From the human T2T-CHM13v2.0 reference genome, Homo sapiens, in NCBI RefSeq assembly GCF_009914755.1, contig NC_060944.1: DNA of 64,000 nucleotides; one strand, written 5' to 3'. Of this stretch, positions 57,590-64,000 are shown in pieces; within the stretch, counting starts at the first letter, position 1; every line of letters begins with the position of its first letter. The notes below the pieces were generated by a model. The model saw only the letters and a list, made by a program, of their open reading frames with translations, was not told the DNA's origin and did not search any database. The translations under genes and the position numbers were made by a program.

Positions 57590-57875
57590 AATAGGAGAAA
57601 GCTGTTGCAAAAATTGAGACTCGCAATGATGGTGTCTTGGAATGGAGAGCTGAGATCCTCGATGGGGAGAAGTGGTTTGACTTCAGCTATAGTTTGAAGC
57701 AGGCGATGACAGGATTTACTGATGGGTATGAGAAAGGAGAGTCCAGGAGAATTCCATTAGCTGAGACAGGAAAGATTGAGGGAAGAATATTTGAAGTGTC
57801 TGGTGGAAATTAGGGGTTTGGTTTTGAATACGTTAAGTTTAGCATGTCTGAAAAACATCTATGTGGAGATGTTTC
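57590..57875 (-). mobile_element. L2 fragment
   Basis: gacaggatttactgatggg, ccattagctgagacagg, ttaagtttagcatgtct, acatctatgtggagatgt. Confidence 0.7.
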
Positions 57876-58469
57876 TTTCAGCAGGAGGCTTAACAAACAA
57901 CAGCTGTGGTAGCTGTTACTTTTCATCACCTTGACATTCAGTGACATAAATCCCTGAAAGTTGGAACCTGCTAACATGTCTCAGAAGACAGAATCCTTAC
58001 CCACCAAAAGCTGCTCACATTCAGGTTTCCCTTTCCAAATAAACTCTAATATTCATTCTATTTGGTTCCTTTTTTTGGCTTTGCTTCTCATCCTGAATTC
58101 AAACAAGTGACTAATCAGGAAGCTCAAAGACCCTCTATCTCCATTGCTAATTCTATTGGCTCATTCAGTCATTAAACATGTTTACTACGCACTGATTATA
58201 AGTGTAAAAAACAGGTCTCAATTGCCCATATAGGTGACCTCAATAATACCCCTTATATTGGCATGTCCTCCTTCTCTTTCTCGGTCTCCCAAACTCCTCA
58301 CTCCCCTTTGGGGATGTAGGTCTCAGGCTCTACTTTTGTAAGCAGATAATCTGTGCCATTCAAGCAACGGTCAACAATGAACTATAATGAACTATCAAAG
58401 CCATAATGGACAGTCCGCTTCACCTGGACATGTGGGGATGGCATTAATGGCAGCCACATAGTGTGTGTC

Positions 58470-58864
58470 CTTGTCAATCAGATTATTGCTCGCTTTGCGT
58501 AGAGCCTCCACTGGCTTCACGTTGTACCCAGGGTTAGATCCATGACCTCCCTCCCAACAATTGCCACTCTCCCATCCACTACAATCTAGCAACACGGACC
58601 TGCCTTTGCTTTCTGCTCCTTTAATATGCCCCTTGCTCCCATGTCAGGGCCTCTAGACTTGCTGTTCCCTCTGCCTGGAATGCTTTCCCCTACATCTTTG
58701 CATAGCTGATTCATGCTTATCAAAGTCAGCTAAAATGTCAGCATTTTAGAGAAATCTTCTCTGATGTCCTTTACTGAAGGCAGTGGCCTTGTTTTTCTTG
58801 TCTGTTGCTGTGTGTTCATTGCTCATCCCAATGCCTAGGTAAGTGTATGTCACCAGATGGCCCT
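58470..58864 (+). mobile_element. L2 3' region (tail resumes 59333-59355)
   Basis: cttgctgttccctctgcctggaatgctttcccc; ends ctcaataaatgaataaatg after the LTR. Confidence 0.75.
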
Positions 58865-59332
58865 TGTAGCAGGTGCATTTAGAGCTCTGCTCACATCCTC
58901 TCAGCACTCACCTCTACATGCTGGAGGTGACTTTGCTGACACCTGCCACTCTCCTTGGGGCTTTTTTGACTGAAGGTACCCACTAGACTCAGGAACAGGG
59001 CAAGTCAGAAATGCCAAAGAGTTAATGCTGGAGAAGCAACTCTCAAGCATGGGGGGTTGTGTATAAATACCCTGGCTTCCTTGCCCCTTGGGTAGAGTAA
59101 CTCTGAGGAATGTATTACGCACTGTCTCCAGGAGTTTTCCAGTTAGATTAAGCTCCAGGTGCCCACAGAGGTAACTTGCCTAAGAACATAATATTTATTC
59201 ACTTCCTTTTTTTTTTTGCTACCTCATTTTCCCATTCTGCCCAGTGCTTCTTGGGATTGCCTCCCAGTGAATCAACGTGCACTTGGACGCTTTCTCACAT
59301 CCCTTTGCTTCTGGGAAATCTAGCCTCAGACA
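58865..59332 (+). mobile_element. LTR33-like ERVL solo LTR, complete
   Basis: TG...CA termini, 5-bp TSD gccct/accct, TATA-like gtataaata at ~59060. Confidence 0.8.
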
Positions 59333-60375
59333 ACCCTCAATAAATGAATAAATGTCCAAGTATTTATATTCAAATAGTACTTACTGCCTGGAAGTCACCA
59401 GGAGTTTGATTCATAGTGTCATAGTTTTTTCCCCCACATTACACATTCAGTCAGTATGCTTTTTAATTCTGGCTCTCACAGGGAAAGCATACAATAACAT
59501 ATGTTGGGTATGTTGTTTAACGTTCACAGCAAAGACTTACTATGTGCTTTTTGGTTTGAGGATTTTTGAGTAAGTGGTGGAGACATTTTTGATGTCACCC
59601 CAAGTTCTGCTGAGCAGAAGTGATAAGAATGTCTCTCTATGAAGCTCCACCAATAGAATGCATTGAGTCAGAAAATTTCATAACCTTCCATAAACAAAGA
59701 ACAAGGTCCTAAGTGAAGGGAAAACAGGAAGCGATATGAGGAGGAATTTGTTTACCATGATTTCAACAACACTGGAATTTATTTTTATCAAAATGAAACC
59801 ATGGGTAAGTCAACAAGGCTGGGCAAAGCCCAGAGACTGTGAGGTCCTAGATTCCCAACCGGGACACTATGAACTCAAGGAATTCAAATACATTTTGATT
59901 TTTCTAGAAATTGCTCAATGTTTCTCACATGAGTCTCGGTTTCTTTTACTTTTCTTTTTGAATTTCAAAATATTTTCTTTTTGAAAACATAACATATCAA
60001 AGAGAGTTTTCAAGAACTCAGATTTAAACTTTAAAGCCAAATTTCTGTAAGGTCACCCAACATTTTATCTTACAATGACCAACACCTGGAGTATAAATGA
60101 TCCCCATCATTGTGCCTCCTTTTGTTAGCCTTGTTAGAGAAGGCAGCAGAGTTCTGAACTAGTTTCTTGTTTCCTTAATGTTTAGACAGGGGACAAAGCC
60201 CTCTGTATCTATAGAGGCCAGTGGTCTGGAGACCATGGACAACAAGACATTGTATCTTTGTGTCTTGTGGGAAGCAGGGAGGGTGGAGCAGTGTTGCTGA
60301 CTTTTTAAGACAAGCTAAAAACCTGGATTTTCCTATAAAATTTCCCCAATTTGAATGTTTTAAAATCATCGTGTA

Positions 60376-60673
60376 GGCTGGGCATGGTGGTTCACACCTG
60401 TAGTCCCAGTACTTTGAGAGGCCGAGGCAGAAGGGTGCCTTGAGCCCAAGAGTTCAAAACCAGCCTGGGCAACATAGTGAGACCTCATCTCTACAAAAAA
60501 TGAACAATTTAGCTGGGTGTGGTGGCATGCACCTGTAGTCCTAGCTACTCAGGAAGCTGGGGGGAGGATCGCCTTGAGCACAGGAGGTTGAGGCTGCAGA
60601 AAGCCAATATCATGCCACTGTATTCCAGCCTGTGCAACAGAGTAAGACTCTATCTCGAAATAATAAAATAAAA
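60376..60673 (+). mobile_element. AluJ, full length
   Basis: ttgagcccaagagttc, agcctgggcaacatagtgagacc; TSD taaaatca(tc/ct)gtgta. Confidence 0.95.
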
Positions 60674-60822
60674 TAAAATCACTGTGTAAAAAAAAAGTCT
60701 CCATTTTAAAGCTTGATTTTACACTTCTATTTGAAGAACTTGAGGCTACTTTGGCACTATAATAAATGAAAGGGTTCCCCTGTAATGGAAGCACCACCAG
60801 AGATCCTGTGCTGAGATTTATT

Positions 60823-60986
60823 GCCTTGCTATTTAAAGAGTGGTCTCTGGCCAGCTGTATCAGTATCAGCTGGGAACTCATTAGTGACACAGACTCTCAG
60901 GCCTATGCAGATCCACTGAATCGGACCCTGCTGTCTAACAAGCTCCCCAGAGGATTCATGTGCACGTTAAAATTTGAGAAACATTG
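60823..60986 (+). mobile_element. MER5A/MER5A1
   Basis: aaagagtggtc...cagtatcagctgggaactcattag...taacaagctccccagaggattcatgtgcacgttaaaatttgagaaacattg. Confidence 0.85.
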
Positions 60987-61179
60987 ATTGAGTTTGCTTC
61001 TTCAGGAAAAAAGAAAAAAATCAGACTCTAAATGCAGAAGCTACAATTTATGTCTCACATGGAGAGAGAGGAAAAAGAATACTATGGAAGTCATAGACAC
61101 TTATAATTAGTAATAGCTAGCTAAATATTTAAAAAGTGGCTTATTAATAAGGAGGTGCATATTCTCTGTTTGGATATCC

Positions 61180-61510
61180 AGTTGGTTGTCTATATTCATG
61201 GCTTCTGGCATCCATGGATTCAAGGAACCACTGACTGAAAATATATGGAAAATAAAAAGTATTTGTGCTGAACATGTACAGACTTTTTTTGGTTATTATT
61301 CCCTAAACAATATAGTATGACAATTATTTATATAGGATTTGCATTGTATTATGTATTGTAAGTATCTAGAAATTATTTAAAGTAGGGAGGATGTGTGTAG
61401 GTTATATGCAAATAATGTTGCATTTTATATAAGGGATTTGAGCATATGCAGGTTTTGTTATCTGCAGTGGGTCTAGAGTCAATGCCCCTACAGGTAGTGA
61501 GGAATGACTA
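61180..61510 (-). mobile_element. MER2 (TcMar-Tigger)
   Basis: catccatggattcaa, ctgaacatgtacagacttttt, ggaggatgtgtgtaggttatatgcaaata, ttttatataagggatttgagcat. Confidence 0.88.
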
Positions 61511-62799
61511 TATTTAGTCAATTTGTTGAGGCATGCAATTGATTAGGGCAGCCTCTCTCAATATTTTCAGCCAAAGTCTGTATTTCCAGTAATAACAGGA
61601 TTTTTATATTTGGGTTATGCTGTCAATTACATGTATTAAGAATCTATTTTGTGCATGCTACTGTTCTGAGCACTGGGCCCAGGGATGAATAAGGCACAGC
61701 TTCTATCTCAAAGCACTTAGTATCTTGATGACAAGACATGCCCAGAGCAGCCACAGAGGCATAAATAGCATGGGGAATGCAGTACTAGGAGGCTGAGTTG
61801 GCCAAGTGCCCAATAATTGATCTTTGTCATGATCATTCAACACAATATTGTACTTACTTTTTTTGATTTGAATATTTATTTGCTTAATATCTGTCTACAA
61901 TTCCACACTGAAAGCATTATGCCTGCAAGGACCAATATTAATTGAATGATTTGCCCATTGCTTACTTCCATATTTACATATAGCTCTCTACACAGGGAAG
62001 GGGAATGTAAAAGAAAAATTATAGGCAACTTTGCATGACATGCTTGAGTCATTTCCTGTTAATGTTTTCTTTCTCTATAAATAATATATGCAAATAAAAC
62101 TAACTGAATTATTTTACAGAACCCCTGCACTTCTGAGGTTTTACACACTACTCCTCACTTCCTCCAATTCCTCTGTCCCTTAACCCCAGCCCTAGGCAAC
62201 TTCGAATCTATTTCCTGACCCTAGGGATGTGCCGATTCTAAACATTTAAAATAAATGGAATGATAAAATATGTGGTTCCTTGCGACTGGCTCTTTTCACT
62301 TAGCACAATGTTTTGGAAGCTCACTAAATTTTGTTTTCATTCTGCATTTCTTTGAAATAGAAAAAAAGAAACTTAGGCTAAGGAAGATATTAAAATATTA
62401 CAGAAGTACAAGTGACTCCCAAAGCTTGAGCTACATCATGCTTTTGTTTATAAATGTAGAAACACATGTGTTCCTTCTGTTTCTCTTTCAGCTGTCTTGA
62501 ACCAAGTTTTTATTGGGTGTTTGGTGGGGCTTATGTGAGAACTGGATGGCCCTAGGAAAAACTGAGAAATGTATGTTTATTTTCCATGCCTCTTCTTTCC
62601 AATTTTTATATCCTCCTCTTCTCCTTAGATATCCAATATTCTAATGGTACATCTTTACCCTACAGTATTACATTCTGAAAATGAATGGCAAAGTTAGTTA
62701 AACCTGTTAAATAACATTTTAATTCCCATAGCGGGCTTCTATTTTCCCACCTAAAGGAGAGACTAATGGTAAACATTTCAGGAAGACGGGGAAATGGGC

Positions 62800-62990
62800 A
62801 ACTATTTTTGGTTAAGAACAATTTTCTAGACATTTGTTGAGAGCTTGTCAGGTGTTAGGCAAGTGCCGTATCAAAGAGGTAAAGTAATGCCCAAGACACA
62901 CAGCTATTAAGTGGTGAAAGCAGAATTTGAACGGTTCTTCCTGATTACAGAACCTCAGTGCTTAATTATTGTGGTATACAGCCTCCTCGA
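62800..62990 (-). mobile_element. MIR
   Basis: agaggtaaagtaatgcccaagacacacagctattaagtggtgaaagcagaatttgaac. Confidence 0.7.
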
Positions 62991-63377
62991 TGCTTGTTAG
63001 TCACCCTATAAATTCCTCAGCCAACAACCATTCCATCTTGCCCTTCCTAAAGCAAACACAGTATGTATCATTTGATATTTATTCTGTCTTTTGGCATTCT
63101 TTCTAGAGAGGATGTTATCAATTCTGTAAGTTGTAGTTTCTGTTGGTCATTTAAAAATATGAAAGTCAACATTTTGTTTGTAAATTCCCTTTTCTACTTA
63201 CTAGAAAACTCTAGATCTGAGTTTTCAAGATGTAGTAACCTGTATCTGTATTATATTGCATGGAGAACATAACTACTATCACTAGAGAGGGTTCAGTTCT
63301 TTAATTTGATGAAAATGTCAGGCTAAAGTGGAATGAGAACTTATTCAACTTAACAAGCATCCATTGACTTTCTAATC

Positions 63378-63690
63378 AAGAAATGCTAAAGGGAGTTCTT
63401 CAACTTGAAATGTAAACAGGAACATGAAGCATGAGAAAGTATAAAACTCATTGCTAATGGTAAATATATAGACAAATGTAGAATATTCTATTAGTGTAAC
63501 AGTGGTGGGCAAATCACTTTTAATTCTAGTATACTAATTAAAAGATAAAAGTATTAAATATAGTAATGTTAAGAGATACACAATACAAGTAGATGTAAAT
63601 TGTGCCATCAATAACGAAGTGTAAAGAGGGCATAATAAGAAGTGTAGAGTTGGATGTGATTGAACTTAAGTTGTTATCAGCTTAAAATAA
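63378..63690 (+). mobile_element. L1M ORF1-end/inter-ORF fragment
   Basis: aagaaatgctaaagggagttcttcaa...agtataaaactcattg...aagttgttatcagcttaaaata. Confidence 0.8.
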
Positions 63691-63694
63691 ACTC

Positions 63695-64000
63695 AACAGG
63701 GAAGACAACGGCATGGGAAACCTTTCAGTGTCTCGCTAAGTGGGTGCTAGAAAGGACTTATGGGATTTTAGCTTGTGCTGGGTGATCTTAGGAAGGGTTT
63801 AAGGAAGGAGAGCTTTGCTTTTAAGTAGAGGCTGTTGGGAAGCAATTTTATGATTTGGTACAGAGATAGTTCTATGATTGGGTATCTTCATGATCCTATT
63901 TAGAAGGCAAAAGAAATGATATGAGGCTAACACTGTTAACTGGTGAAGAATCAGCAGACATTCGTATTAGCCAGGATATAGGAGTATTTAGTCATTATGC
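63695..64000. mobile_element. ERV1-type LTR fragment (MER67-like), runs off the window
   Basis: atgattgggtatct...tgaggctaa...tattagccaggata; family call tentative. Confidence 0.45.

Overview
AT-rich, CpG-poor primate (most likely human) non-coding DNA, intronic or intergenic. It is dominated by interspersed repeats: Alu/FLAM/FRAM, L1 fragments of many ages, L2, MIR, L3/CR1, MaLR and ERVL LTRs, and hAT and Tc1/mariner DNA transposons. I found no host protein-coding exon, RNA gene, CpG island or CRISPR array, and I could not identify the locus. The ORF track is explained by Alu, L1, Hsmar1 and low-complexity sequence. I see no evidence for a novel multi-gene system. Most notable items: (1) an essentially full-length Hsmar1 mariner transposon split by an Alu, retaining both TIRs, WVPHEL and the splice acceptor exapted in SETMAR; (2) two template-switch-type hairpins of pre-miRNA size inside old repeats; (3) an 11-copy quasi-palindromic AT-rich minisatellite; (4) three short MER6 MITEs; (5) a multi-layer nested L1 stack; (6) two close inverted Alu pairs. 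Family and subfamily calls are from recalled consensus sequences, not a database run. Boundaries of old elements are approximate.
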